NCBI GenBank assembly: GCA_030390025.1
Contig: CM059432.1
Span: 102,674,001 to 102,738,000, forward strand
Direction: 5' to 3'
DNA length: 64,000 nucleotides
Source: Squalus acanthias
Taxonomy: Eukaryota
Position 1 is the stretch's first letter; each line of letters starts with the position of its first letter. The notes under the pieces were generated by a model. The model worked only from the letters and a program-made list of their open reading frames with translations. It was not told where the DNA came from and did no database searches. Below are positions 12,070 through 25,428 of the stretch, in pieces. The position numbers and the translations under genes were made by a program.

Positions 12070-13437
12070 ACCCAGTGATTACAAAGTATTTACAGCACAG
12101 AAACATTCGGCCCAACAGATCTATGCTAGTGTTTATGCTCCACACGAGCCGCCTCCCACCTTTCTTCATCTAAACTCATCAACGTAGTGGGCAAAGATCT
12201 GGCAAATGGAGTATAATGTGGGAAAATGTGAAATTGTCCATTTTGGCAGGAAGAATAAAAAAGAAGCATATTATCTAAATGGTGAGAGATTGCAGAGCTC
12301 TGAGATGCAGAGGGATCTGGGTGTCCTAGTGCATGAATCGCAAAAGGTTACGATACAGGTACAGCAAGTAATTAGGAAAGCTAATAGAATGTTATTGTTT
12401 ATTGCAAGGGGAATTGAATACAAAAGTAGGGAGGTTATGTTTCAGTTATACAGGGCATTGGTGAGACCACATCTGGAGTACTGTGTACAGTATTGGTCTC
12501 CTTATTTAAGGAAGGATGTAAATGCGTTGGAAGCAGTTCAGAGAAGGTTTACTAGACTAATACCTGGAATGGGCGGGTTGTCTTATGAGGAAAGGTTGGA
12601 CAGGCTAGGCTTGTATCCGCTGGAGTTTAGAAGAGTAAGAGGTGACTTGATTGAAACATATAAGATCCTGAGGGGTCTGGACAGAGTGGATGTGGAGAGG
12701 ATGTTTCCTCTTGTGGGAGAATCTAGAACTAGGGGTCACTGTTTAAAAATAAGGGGTCGCCCATTTAAGACAGAGATGAGGAGACATTTTTTCTCACACA
12801 GGGTCATGAGTCTTTGGAACGCTCTTCCTCAGAGGGCGGTGGAAGCAGAGCCTTTGAATATTTTTAAGGCAGAGGTAGATAGATTCTTGGTAAGCAAAGG
12901 GGGCGAAAAGTTATCGGGGGTAGGCGGGAATGTGGAGTAATCGGATCAGCCATGATCTTATTGAATGACAGAGGAGGCTGGAAGGGCCGAGTGGCCTACT
13001 CCTGCTCCTAATTCGTATGTTCATATGTTATATTCCTTTCTCTCTCATGTGCTTATCTAGCTTCACCTTAAATGCATCTTTGCTATTCGCCTCAACTACT
13101 GATTGTGGTAACGAGTTCCACATTCTAAGCACTCTCTGGGTAAAGAAGTTTCTCCTGAATTCCCTATTGGATTTATTAGTGACTATCTTATATTTATAGC
13201 CCCTAATTCTGGTATCGCCTGCAAGTGGAAACATCTTCTCTACGTCTATTCTATCAAACCCTTTCATAATCTTGAAGACCCCTATCAGGTCACCCCTCAG
13301 TCTTCTCTTTTCTAAAGAAAAGAGCCTCAGCCCGTTCAATCTTTCCTGATAGGTCTCAGTTCTGTTATCATTCTAGTAAATCCTTTTTTCCACCTTCTCC
13401 AGTGCCTCTATGTCCTTTTTATAATATGGAGACCAGT
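12070..13437 (-). mobile_element. Older CR1 3' fragment split by a younger + strand CR1
   Basis: ORF 13028-13339(-) reads LFSLEKRRLRGDLI...FFTQRV. Its 3' UTR-like remainder is at about 12070-12183. Confidence 0.7.
12184..13027 (+). mobile_element. CR1-type LINE 3' fragment
   Basis: ORF 12206-12940 (244 aa) is the CR1 ORF2 C-terminus, followed by GGCCTACTCCTGCTCCTA and a short tail. Confidence 0.9.
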
Positions 13438-14472
13438 GATATAACCATTGCAGTGTGTAGTGACCAAATTGAGTGAAATTTCATTTTTTGTCTGTGTTTG
13501 TAAGGTTAACTGGTTAATGATCACAGGCCTACAAATTGGATGAATAGCTGTGTTCATTCAATTTGGTAAAGATCTTTCAGCAATAATGCATTTCTACTTA
13601 AAAGATGTTAACCTACTTTCACCAGTTGATTTAGCTTCACAAAGCAATCACTGACTGTTCTTCAGATGAGGTGGTATCTCAACTTTCCTTGCAAGTTGAG
13701 TTTGATTTCTTGTGCACTGTCATTTTCTCTTTTACTGAGTATGAAATGATCCAATACATGACCCAATTGAAATAAGATCTTTGATGGATTGCATAATTTT
13801 TAACATGCCATTACACTATTATAATCCTTTAATTGAAGCGCTGGACATATTGAAGTCATAGGTCTCTAAGCTTAATGTTGATGTATGCCTGATAAGACAG
13901 TTCACTTTTTGCAAATGCAATCTATGTTTTTCTACTAACAATTCAATTTTTGCATAATATCACAGTGATTTGATAAGTATATGGTCTCGAGCTGAACCTA
14001 ATATCTGACAGCACATATTAAATCATAATTAAATTCACTAGAAAATGGCTGTCAAAAAATGCTCTCACTGTTGCCTAGAAATCAACTTGTCACATGGCAG
14101 AAATAGTTCAAGGGTGCCATTTAAGTGCTGTTATAAATATCTAAAAACATCAAGTATATATTTTGTCCGTGTCAGTCTTGGCTCGGTGCTAACACCCTCA
14201 CCTCTGAGTCAAAAAAAACCTCAAAACAATAGCACAGCACTCGAGCATAACACAAGCATCTTAGGCAAATGCTGGTGAATATTTTATCATCCAGCATTCT
14301 AATCAGCAGCAAAAAGCTTGGTAGGAAAGTTCACAACTGAGACCCATGGCATCATCAAGCGCTACCTTTTGGGGAGGGAGAGGGGGGTCAAGAGCCAATT
14401 AAAAAAAAACACAACTTTTGCGAGTGAGATAAAAGCCACGAGCAAAATCCAAACTATTTTTTTGTAACAAGT

Positions 14473-14652
14473 CCTACTCCAGAGACTTGAGCACAAAATC
14501 TCAGGCTGACACTTCAGTGCAATACTGAGGGAGAGCTATACTGTCGGAGGTGGCATCTTTCGGTTGAATCATTAAACTGAGGCCCTGTAGGCGCAAAAGA
14601 TCTCATGGCACTATTTGAAGAAGAGCAGGGGACCTGGCCAATATTTATCCCC
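14473..14652 (+). mobile_element. Deu-domain SINE fragment
   Basis: ACTCCAGAGACTTGAGCAC...AAAAGATCTCATGGCACTATTTGAAGAAGAGCAGGG matches the other SINE copies. Confidence 0.7.
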
Positions 14653-14711
14653 TGATGCAATGTCAGCGTGCTCTCTATTTGTTAACATGTAAAATTATCT
14701 TACAAGACATT

Positions 14712-15359
14712 GGCCTCGAGTTTAACTCCACCCGCCTGGCGGAAACCGGGTGGGGGGACAGTTAAAATGAGGCCAATAACTTATCCCCACTGCCTTCCCG
14801 CCATGTCCCGACCTTAGCCTGCTCTTGTGAGCAGGTAAGCGGGATCACTCGATAGGAAGGAAGTGGGGTCCTTCTTTAATTATGCAGATTGGGTGCCGAT
14901 GATGTTATCGGGTCCCGACGGCAATATTAGTCGGAGGCCTGAGCAGGGGAGCAGTGACAGCTTCCCTGTCTTGCCAAGGCTGCCGGGAAGTGGGTCGTGG
15001 GTAAGAAGAGGCCCAGCAGGTAAGTTTAAAAATTTATATTTTAGGTTTCCTTGTGGGCCAGACGTGCTCCTCCGGGCATCACATGGAAGCCTTGGGTATC
15101 CTTTACCCCGGGTTCCCTCCCAAACTTCCAATCACCTCCAAAGGCACCACCCCACTCCCCAGCCCACAACTGTGGGCCAGGGACCAATCCCACTGGTCCC
15201 CGGCTATGGCCTCCTGTCGCTGAATTATCACTCTATCCACAGGTACTGGATCTGGCCAGGTTCGAGCGGTAGTCTGGAAAATTTATTCAAATAAGAGACT
15301 TCATTAGAGACTTCGAGGAACGCATGCTCCATTCCTGTCCCCACTTTAAAATCAGGGCC
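14712..15359. mobile_element. MITE, probably Harbinger-type
   Basis: Imperfect TIRs GGCCTCGAGTTTAA / TTAAAATCAGGGCC bound a GC-rich island in AT-rich DNA. Confidence 0.55.
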
Positions 15360-16841
15360 AATGCATCAGATGAGAATGCTGTTTAAGTATAGCGAAACAT
15401 GGATTATGCAAAGAAAGGATTAGTTTCAATGGTTGAGCATTTCGCCTAAATGAAGTGCTCAGCTGTAGGCCATTGAGCTACATAATGTCAGACACTATTA
15501 CACCAATGTCCCACATGTCCAGAAACCCTTCCAGTCACATATAGCAACTCCTGTGGATAACATTCTGATTATAAGTGCCCATATGTTGTAAAATCATACT
15601 GAACATGCAATTGCAATTGCCATGAGGAACAAAAGGTTTGTTTTTGTTTTAGCACCACAATTTATCAGTGCATCACTGGAAGAAAACACAGTTAAGTCAC
15701 CGAAATTTCTAATCTTTTTTAAGCACAGAGCTTGATTCTTTGTGCTTGAGCTTCGTTAATAGATTAGTCGTAATTATCTGGTTTGATTAATTCGTTTTGA
15801 CAAGCATGTCTGCAGCAGATTCTAATGGTCGCACGTGGGAGGCTTTAGTTTCCTCACCTGTTGACTAAATACTTATTCATTTGTCAGATTCTCACGAAGG
15901 AGAATCCTCGCAGGAAATGTAATGCTGATTTGCAGTCCTTCCAGAACTCCCAAATAGAAACATTATGAATTTCATGATGACGCAGTATTCACAATACATT
16001 TCCATAGAAGGTGGCATTTTCAGGCTATTTACAATCAATAATATGCAGAAAATAGAGAAGCATTTTTAGAATCCTGAGAAATGTGTAAGTTCTTTGCCAA
16101 GAAAGAGTTATGCTTGGACTGTGATTTCATAATACTGCACATATATGCAAAAGATTGGCAAAATCTTTCTACCAATCTTTCTACTATACTCATTCTTTCA
16201 GCCTGAACCAGAAAAAACAGAAAAAGTATGAAAAAAACTATGTTGCGGCAATGATTAAATTGCTAAATGCACTTTTGTCTCTGGATTCGGTTTTACAATG
16301 AATTGTATCGTGCAAGCTGAGTATTAAAAATCAAATGGAAAATTAGGCAACAATATTTGCTTGAATCAGGAATTTCAATTTAACAACTCTGCTTGGTTCA
16401 GGAATTCAATAATGGGAGCGAATACATATTTTGTACATTTGGATATCATTCTTGAATCAAGTATGCTCTTAACTATGCTATTTAAACACTATAATTAACC
16501 CCCATAGCAAACTATGTTTACGACATCTTAATAGGAATTTCAGTTAAATATATGCGCGCATGTCATATCACATCATGTAAGTGAAAGAGCAGAATTCATC
16601 TCCAGAAACACCATCATTAAGAAATTCAAAACCATGTAGAGCAAAACCGAAATCAGCAATGGAATTATAAAGCAAAGACATTTATCTGCCGATGCAGGAA
16701 GCACTGCAAAGCTCCAGCAGAGGTTCAAATTCCACCTACCAAGAAAAAAAGTGGGTGCAAGTACAAAACAGGAAAAGCTGTTTCTTTCTCACATCAACGT
16801 TTTTACTGAAAGTACCATGAGGAGAGATTTAAGGAGACAGT

Positions 16842-17372
16842 GGGGGCGATCTTCGACTTCTGTCCAAAATGGGCATGAAGTTGGCAGAGTGGCTGCACTG
16901 CCACCCAAAGCCGGAGTCGGGAGGCCCGAACCATTTTCTCGCTTTGGGCCTCATTTAACTACTGTTAGCGAGCTGCGAGCGCCAAACAGGCGACCACTGC
17001 GGGTCACTGATTCTGGGAGGGTGGGAAATCAGCCAGCTCAGAAGTGGAACCAGCCGGCAGTTTGGACCTGGGGATGGAAGACAATTCCGAGGGCGGGGGA
17101 GAGGTGGGATGCGGGGGGGGGGGGGTGTGCGCGGTCTCCTATAGGCTGGCAGCGGGACGGAGGTTTCCTGCCCAGAGTGTACAACTGGCAAAGGAGCCCA
17201 ATTTGCATATTTAAGCAGCCTCCTGCCGGAAGCAAGTGGGTGTGCTGTTTGCCCTTTTACAAGCCTGCCTGAAAATTGGATCAGGCAGGTCTTGGGAGTC
17301 GATGGAACAGCCGAGATGCTCCCCGGAATTTTCAGGTGATAAATGGACGGTCGGCAGCTGAAAAGTGCCCCC
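16842..17372. mobile_element. MITE, probably Harbinger-type
   Basis: TIRs GGGGGCGATCTTC / GAAAAGTGCCCCC bound a GC-rich island. Confidence 0.6.
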
Positions 17373-18075
17373 AACAAGTCCTCATGACTGCAATTAGTTA
17401 CGTTATGGTGCTGCTAACACAGCAAGTATTTCATGCTAACAAGTTATATGAATGGCATTCATAAAAATGTAATAAAAGATTAACGATGCTCTCAGTGCAT
17501 TTTATTCATTTATCCAGTATATAAATTTGTGCTGGCCAACGAAGGTAAATGTAAGCAAAACACATGCTTATTTTCATCCAAATTTACTAGTCCATTGTTA
17601 ATTAAGAACATCAAAAATAGTGCAGATACAATGCTTGTGTTGCAGCAAAGCAGAAGCTCCATAGAGGAAAAGAAGACTGCAGAGTGATTATAGCATCTTA
17701 CCATAGCCAAATAATTGCATTAGCTCGAGGGCCCTAATTTCAGAAAAGAACCTTTATGTGTCCATGCACTAGCAGACACAAAATTTGAGCATGCAGGACT
17801 TTTAACGTCCTGCGGGGTAGAACTTTTGAAATTCAAATTGCATTGGTAGAATGCAGGACATTGTGGTGGATTAGTGCCCAGTCAGCAGTGTATCAGATCG
17901 TGTAAAGATGACAATCCATTTATGAATAGGATTAGTTATTTGTGGACTGTAATAGCATTCTGCACTAAAATCTAAAATGAATACAACAAGATAAATAGGG
18001 TAATTGTTTGCTTAGAGTGCATTACAAGGCAGTGACACACTTGAGGGATTCAAATGACAGCTTAAGCTGTCTATA

Positions 18076-18422
18076 AAAAGAAAAGAAAGACTTGCATTTA
18101 TATAGCGCCTTTCATGACCGCAGGGCATCCCAAAGCACTTTACAACCAATTAAATACTTTTAAAGTGTTGCAATGTAGGAAACACAGCAGCCAATTTGCG
18201 TACATCCAGGTCCCACAAATAGTAATGTGATAATCTGTTTTAATGATGTTGGTTGAGAGATAAATATTGGCCAGGACACCAGGGAAATTGGCCGGGACCC
18301 CTGTTCTTTTTGAATAGTGCCATGGGATCTTTTATGTCTACCTGAGAGGGCAAATGGGGCCTTGGCTTAAAATCTTACCTGAAAATCGGCACCTCCGACA
18401 GTGTAGCACTCCCTCAGTGCAC
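18076..18422 (-). mobile_element. Deu-domain SINE (SacSINE1-like)
   Basis: AAAGACTTGCATTTATATAGCGCCTTT tail and the reverse complement of the Deu core. Confidence 0.8.
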
Positions 18423-20167
18423 CTGCCAGCACATCGTGGCCTTGGAATAGAAGATTTAAAGAAGCCATTATTTTTATAATAATTACACATACACTAGTTA
18501 CATTTTTAGTGCTATTACTTGTTATTTTTGCAGCGTCTCGTGCACTATGGTGCCCATACTCAGTGGTACAGCAGGACCTTTTTAGTAACCCAGGAATTCA
18601 GTAGCACTGAAGTTTTGCTTTACTATTTATTTAATTTCATTTTTAAGTTGTTTAATTTTGGTTTTTTTTATTTTATGGAGTTGCATGTCATTTTGTAAGG
18701 CTTAGGATGTATTTGTTTTTTAAAAATCCATCCATATCTGACCAGTACTCATTTTTTGGGTGAAACGTGACCTAACTGTTCCACGAGTAAAGAGACCTCC
18801 TCTCCTTGCAGTAACACAAGCATAGTGCAGAAACATAAGTAGGGAGCTCTCTGGAGATACTGGAGGTAACTTTCAAATTCATCGCCTGTGCTGTAACCTG
18901 TCAGAGCAGATCGCCCACTGTATGACCCAACCAATTTTAGTCCCATTGATTCGTGTACTATAACACCTAGGTTCCCTTGCCACTCAACAGACCTTAGTTC
19001 AGAACCCTAATGAAATAAAGCTCTCAAACATGCAAACTGTCGCCCCCATTACCAGGAACTCCCAAAAGAAACTGGCCAAACGTGCTGCTGTAAATTTTCA
19101 TAATGAAGCTGTGGACTGTACAAAACTAGAATAATGACACAGCAAAATTTGAAAAGGCCCATTTCACAGACCACACCATAAAGGTGTGAGTTGTGCAATG
19201 GAGAACTTTGCAGACCTTTTTAGTGCAGCAGGGCAGCCTGTAAGTAAGCCATGGAGATTTTAAAAAAGTGGCAATACATCTCACAGTATAAGAACTCAAG
19301 CTCAAGCATTGTGAAAAGGAACTAAGAGATCTGGAAGAAGTTTCATGTCCTGAAAAACAGCACAAAGGTAAGTCAAGCATGTTTTAAAATGGAGATGAGG
19401 GATGAATACGTAAGACAGATTCTTCAGCTGATGGGATCATTCGCACCATGCAGAATGGGCGAGCAACGACCAGGACATCGGACAGAGATCTATACTGCCC
19501 AAATCACGCAGCACTTAAACTTACAGCCAGGCTTCAAGGTAGTCTCAGGTATTGTGTTTGAGAGCTTCATTTTAATGTGGAAATCGATATAAAATGGGTA
19601 ATGAAGGCTAGGCATATTTTGGGCTCTGAGGATGTTGTTAAAGCTTAAAGATTGGCGGGGGGGGGGGAAATTCAGTTGGTTAGCACCTCCAGTTAGCACC
19701 TGGCGGGGGTGCTAATGGGGCGGTGATGCAGTAGTGCCGGGGCGAGGTGAATCCAGCGATGCACGCCAAATCTGCCCTCCCCCCCCGTAGCACTGCCGCT
19801 ACGAGTTACTGCCAGGGACCTCAGCGCCAGGCAGATCGTGACGTCAGTGAATGTGCAACGCTCACTGGGCACCCGGTCTGCAAAATTCATTGTTGCCCCC
19901 TGCCTTAGCACATCCCCAGACAGTGACAGGGAGAGGAGGCATCAAGCAGGTGGATGCCAGCTCCAGGGGTGCTACTTAAAGGGATCATGAGTAATGAGTC
20001 GAAGCTGTCAATTTAGTGCTGTTTCATGGCTTCCTTGTCAGTTTGACATTGTGCAACAGTTTAATTCAGTCATTTAAAGGTTGTTTAGTATCAGGAGTGT
20101 TGTGGCTACTAACAATTAGTTACATTTATTCTCACAACATATCAACGCGCTACACTTGGTTACATTA

Positions 20168-21024
20168 ATGGGGGCTGTACTGGCAGTCGACCTCGCCCTC
20201 CAGGATCTCCGGCAGAGGGAGCGGAGGCAACGAGAAAGATTGGAACATGTGGCCAGAGGGAGAAGAAGGGCCATGAGGGCTCTCAACAGGAGGCCTTACC
20301 CTCCGAGGGTATTTCGAGAGCACTTCTCCTACCTCCAATTAAGCGAAGAGCAGTGTATTAGAAGGCTCCGCTTCAGCAAGGAGGTGGTCACAGAACTCTG
20401 CCACCTCTTGCAACCAGACCTCCAGCCTCAGATCAGAGTGACAAAGGCTCTCCCCGTAGCAGTCAAGGTCACCGTCACTCTCAATTTCTTTGCCAGTGGA
20501 TCCTTCCAGTCTGCAACAGGAGATATAGCTAACATCTCGCAGTTCGCCATCCATCGCTGCATCCGGGTGGTCAAAGAGGCTCTCTACAGTCCCCATCACC
20601 AGAGAGAAGCAGGACGAACGCGCATGTGGCTTTGCCAGGATAGCGGGCTTCCCCATGGTGCAGGGCGCCATTGACTGCACCCACATGGCTTTGCGGGCAC
20701 CGCATAACAATCCTGAAATCTTCCATAACTGCAAAGGCTACCACTCACTTAATGTCCAGTTGGTGTGCGACCACAGACAGCGAATCCTCAATGTGAATGC
20801 CCGCTATCCTGGCAGCAGCCACGATGCCTTCATCCTGCGCCAGACCAGTGTGCCAGCAATCATCCAGCCACCACATCAAGCCCACGGCTGGCTGGTCAGA
20901 GACAAAGGTTATCCACTCTCCTCCTGGCTCACGATTCCTGTCCGCAACCCCAACACTCCTGCCCAGCACTCATCGAATAAGAGTCATGCCGCCACCAGAA
21001 ATATCGTCGAGCAGACCATCGGGG
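20168..21024 (+). pseudogene. Harbinger (HARBI1-like, DDE_Tnp_4) transposase pseudogene, frameshifted and 3'-truncated
   Basis: ORFs 20156-20674 and 20655-21107 contain CIRRLRFSKE, FFASGSFQ, GAIDCTH, DKGYPL and RNIVEQTIG. Confidence 0.9.
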
Positions 21025-22252
21025 TACCCTTTCCCCCTGGCCTTGCTGCAGCCGCTCTTCCCAGGTGCATCATGCTTTGCAGATCCCGCTACTATACTAG
21101 CCTCTAAAGAATGCGTAGTGCCAGTATCTGAGCTGGTGCCTGCGGGTGAGACATGCAGTGACGCAGTGTGTTCTTCCTCCTCCTCTTCTCCTGCCTCACT
21201 CTCTACTGTGCCCTCAGGGACAGGCTGCTAAGGTGCTTGCTCATTATCTGAAAGCATAAAGGCACAAGAGTCAGGTTAAGGTGAGGGGAGGGGGCAGTAA
21301 GGAAGAAATGCATGCATACAGCATGATTAGCTGGAAAGTGTGAAAGGCTTGTGGGTTGAGGGGGAAGTGGGATGTGAGAAGAAGGAGTAGGGATGAACAT
21401 ACCGTTGTTATCCCCAAGGGGGTCAATGTTGCCGGTGGCCACAGCGCCCAACACCTGGCGCCCAATAATCTGCAGCACTCGTGTCTCTAGCTCAGACAGT
21501 GGTTGGGTGTCGGCTTGTCCCCTGCCTGTGCGACCCTGCTTCCTCCTGTTCTGAGCCGCCTTGGCCTGCAAGAGAAAGGAGAGTGTGTGAGTGAGTGTGG
21601 AGCAACGTGTTTGGGTGATGTGCCTGCCATAGATGAATAGCTGTCATTGTGCGCAAGGTGTGAGATGTGGGTGTGAGTGTTGGTAGGTAGAGATTGTTGG
21701 TGGGTGAGTGCTGGGGGTGTGGTGCTTTGGGCAGTGTGTGCAGACTGTGGTCCAGATGGTGGTATGTAGCATTTGTTGAAGTTTCTGCAGGGTGTTTTTG
21801 CGTGCCCCGTGTTTTTATGACTCTCCCGTGAGTCGACCCGTGCATTAAAAACTCCCCAGTTTGGGTTGTTTCCCTTGGACGGCAGGAGCTTTTGCCAATA
21901 GTCCCTGCCTAGCCCGTCGATTAGCGGGTAATCCCACACAGAGAGAGAGACCAAGGCCAAATAGGTCTTCTCCTATGCCCGATGCACAGTGTCCCCAGCG
22001 GGATTACTGTGTAACCCGGCCGTGACCGGATGCCACCCGGTTGGTCTTCCGAATTATACCGCGAACCACAAGCACCACAACCCCCAAGTTCGGACCCAAG
22101 GAGTTGCAATGGATAGATTATAATTGGCTCAGATGAAACGAAATGGTTCAGGTTGGTCAAAGATCGATTCCTTTTTATTACACTCACAAAACGACAATCC
22201 CTACTCCTCTCGCTTGCGGCATAACGAGTAGGTGACCGTGGACACTAGCTTA

Positions 22253-24179
22253 ATTATGAGGGGTAAATAGAGTATGAGAGTAAGCTTGCAGGGAACATAA
22301 AAACTGACTGTAAAAGCTTCTATAGATATGTGAAGAGAAAAAGATTGGTGAAGTCAAGCGTAGGTCCCTTGCAGTCAGAATCAGGGGCATTTATAATGGG
22401 GAACAAAGAAATGGCAGACTAATTAAATACATACTTTGGTTCTGTCTTCACAAAGGAGGACACAAATAACCTCCCAGAGATGTCGGGGAACATAGGGTCC
22501 GATGAGAGGGAGGAACTGAATAAAATCAGTATTTGTAGGGAAATGGTGTGAGGGAAATTGACGGGATTGAAGGCCGATAAATCCCCAGGGCCTGATAATC
22601 TACATCCTAGGGTACTTAAGGAAGTGGCCCTAGAAATAGTAGATGCATTGCTGGTCATCTTTCAAAATTCGATAGACTCTGGAACAGTCCCCATGGATTG
22701 GAGGGTAGCTAATGTAACCCCACTATTTAAAAAAGGTGTTAGAGAGAAAACGAGGAATTATAGACCGGTAAGCCTGACATCGGTAGTGGGGAAAATGCTA
22801 GAGTCCATTATAAAAGATGTAATAGCAGAGCACTTGGAAAACAGTGACAGGATCGGACAAAGTCAACATGGATTTACAAAAGGTAAATCATGCTTGACTA
22901 ATCTACTGGAATTTTTTGAGGATGTAACTGCTAGAATAGATAAGGGAAAACCAGTGGATGTGGTGTATTTGGACTTTCAGAAGGCTTTCGATAAGGTCCC
23001 GCATAAGAGAGTAGCGTGCAAAGTTAAAGCACATGGGATTGGGGGTAAGGTACTGACTTGGATAGAGAAGTGGTTGGCAGACAGGAAGCAAAGAGTTGGA
23101 ATAAACGGGTCTTTTTCCGAGTGGCAGTCAGTGACTAGTGGGGTACCGCAGGGATCGGTGCTAGGACCCCAGCTATTCACAATATATATTAATGATCTAG
23201 ACGAGGGAACTAGATGTAATATCTCCAAGTTTGCAGATGACACAAAGCTGGGTGGGCGTGTGTGCTGTGAGGATGATGCCGAGAAACTCCAATATGATTT
23301 GGACAGGTTGGGTGATTGGGCAGATGCATGGCAGATGCAGTATAATGTGGATAAATGCGAGGTTATCCACTTTGGTGGCAAAAACAGGAAGGCAGATTAT
23401 TATCTGAACGGCAATAGACTGGGAAAAGGGGAAGTGCAATGAGACCTGGGTGTCCTTGTGCACCAGCCGCTGAAGGTAAGCATGCAGGTGCAGCAGGCGG
23501 TTAAGAAGGCAAATGGTATGTTGGCCTTCATAGCGAGAGGATTTGAGTACAGGAGCAAGGATGTCTTGCTGCAGTTGTACAGGGCCTTGGTGAGACCACA
23601 CCTTGAGTATTCTGTGCAGTTTTGGTCACCTTATCTGAGGAAGGATGTTCTTGCCATGGAGGGAGTGCAGCGTTGATTCACCAGACTGATACCTGGGATG
23701 GGAGGAATGACGTATGAAGGGAGATTGGGTCGATTGGGCTTGGATTCGCTAGAGTTTAGAAGAATGAGAGGGGATCTCATTGAAACTTATAAAATTCTAA
23801 CAAGACTAGACAGACTAGATGCAGGAAGGATGTTCCCGATTGCGGGGAATCCAGAACCAGGGGTCACAGTCTAAGGATAAGGGGTAAGCCATTTAGGACT
23901 GAGATGAGGAGGAATTTCTTCACCCAGAGAGTGGTGAACCTGTGGAATTCTCTATCAGACAAGTCAGTTGAGGCCAATTCATTAAATATATTCAAGAAGG
24001 AGTTAGATATATTTCTTAAGGCTAAAGGGATCAAGGGATATGGGGAGAAAGCAAGGACAGGGTACTGAATTTGGATGATCAGCTATGATCTCATTAAATG
24101 GTGGAACAGGCTCAAGGGGCCGAATGGCCTACTCCTGCTCCTATCTTCTATGTTTTTATGTTTCTATGTTTCTATGTTG
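22253..24179 (+). mobile_element. CR1-type LINE, 5'-truncated (RT domain plus 3' UTR), inserted in the 3' LTR
   Basis: ORF 22558-23442 has YRPVSLTS, YLDFQKAFDKVPH, GVPQGSVLGP and FADDTK. It ends in a (TTTCTATG)n tail, and LTR sequence resumes after it. Confidence 0.95.
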
Positions 24180-25428
24180 TAACCTTAGACTAAAATACCC
24201 ACCCTGTTGGTTACGCCGAACCAACCCCTTCCCAGAATCTAAGCATAGATAATGGAAAAACCCTTCTAACTAAACCCCTCTCCCGGTTTGGTCAGAACCA
24301 ACACTTGGAAGCCTCCTCACACACACACACATGTTAGCCTGCGTCTTGGACACTTGCAGTTCTCAGCAGCCAAACACGCGGGCGGTCCTGGGGATTTCTA
24401 GTGGTGTATGCTGGATATAATTACCAGCCTTGTCGTTGATTCACGCGGTCCCGGGTCCATTCGATTCCAGAGGCAAAACCGTGCCTAACAGAGGCATGCG
24501 ATGAGGCCCAGAGAGTTACGTTCAGGTGGTACGGCGAGGCACTCACTTCGGGTGTTCCTGGAGAGTTGACGGACGCGTAGTTACGTGGAGAACCTCATCC
24601 CAGATGGTAGAGAAATGCAAGCCCCGAATCCCCAAAGTTCAGCATATTTATACCCCGTATAATACACAAAACTGGCCAGGCGATTCCTGGTTACCATGGT
24701 CGCAGAGATGCTAATTGGTCTTCCTGGTGATGTCTCTGTCCTGGATTGGTCATCTTGATGAAAACAATGGTAGGCCATTACTGTAGATGAGCAGTTCTCG
24801 AAGTGCTAACAGTTTGTAAAATTCTTGACTGCTCCTTCATTGAAAGAGTCCAGAGGTGTTACTTTTGGCCTGCAAACCTCATTGTCCATCCAGACATCCC
24901 GGCTCCATGGACAAAAGGTGTTTTTCCACAAATCACACAAGTTCGAATATGAAAAGGCCCCTGCCTTTCATGACGTCAGCGTTGAGACTGGTCCCATGGC
25001 AACACAAAAGTCAGACAGTTCCTGCTATCTTCACAGAAACCAACAGTCAGTCCTTTTTTTTAAAGTCCAAGGGGGAAAAATTAGGTCGCGCCCCGTTTGG
25101 GGCGCAAATATCGTCTGGACGCAAAAATTAGCGCCTGGCGCTAATTATCGCCACTGACTGGAAACTTCACTTTTACCGCCCCGGGAGGTGAGTGGAGCGC
25201 TAAAGCAGGCGCTGCACACCTGTCTTAAGGCGCAAAGGCCGAGCAGTGAGGCGCTAACTCAGCGCGCGAGCGCAGCGCAGGTGCTGCCAGTTAGCGAGGG
25301 AACACAGACACACTGGCGCCGGCCAGTTCTTAAAGCGGGGGGGCCAACTTGCTCCCCAGCCACACCCTGCTCATTGCAGCCTTGAATCTCGGCCTGGAGA
25401 GACCTGTGAATCCATTTTGCTGCCAAGG

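Noticed and set aside
16751..17377. ORFs of 173 and 140 aa
   Set aside because: They lie within a GC-rich MITE and are most likely chance ORFs.
18970..19373. Possible host exon ending in a CACAAAG|GTAAGT donor
   Set aside because: The upstream frames I read are interrupted by stops, no protein is recognisable and no partner exons were found.
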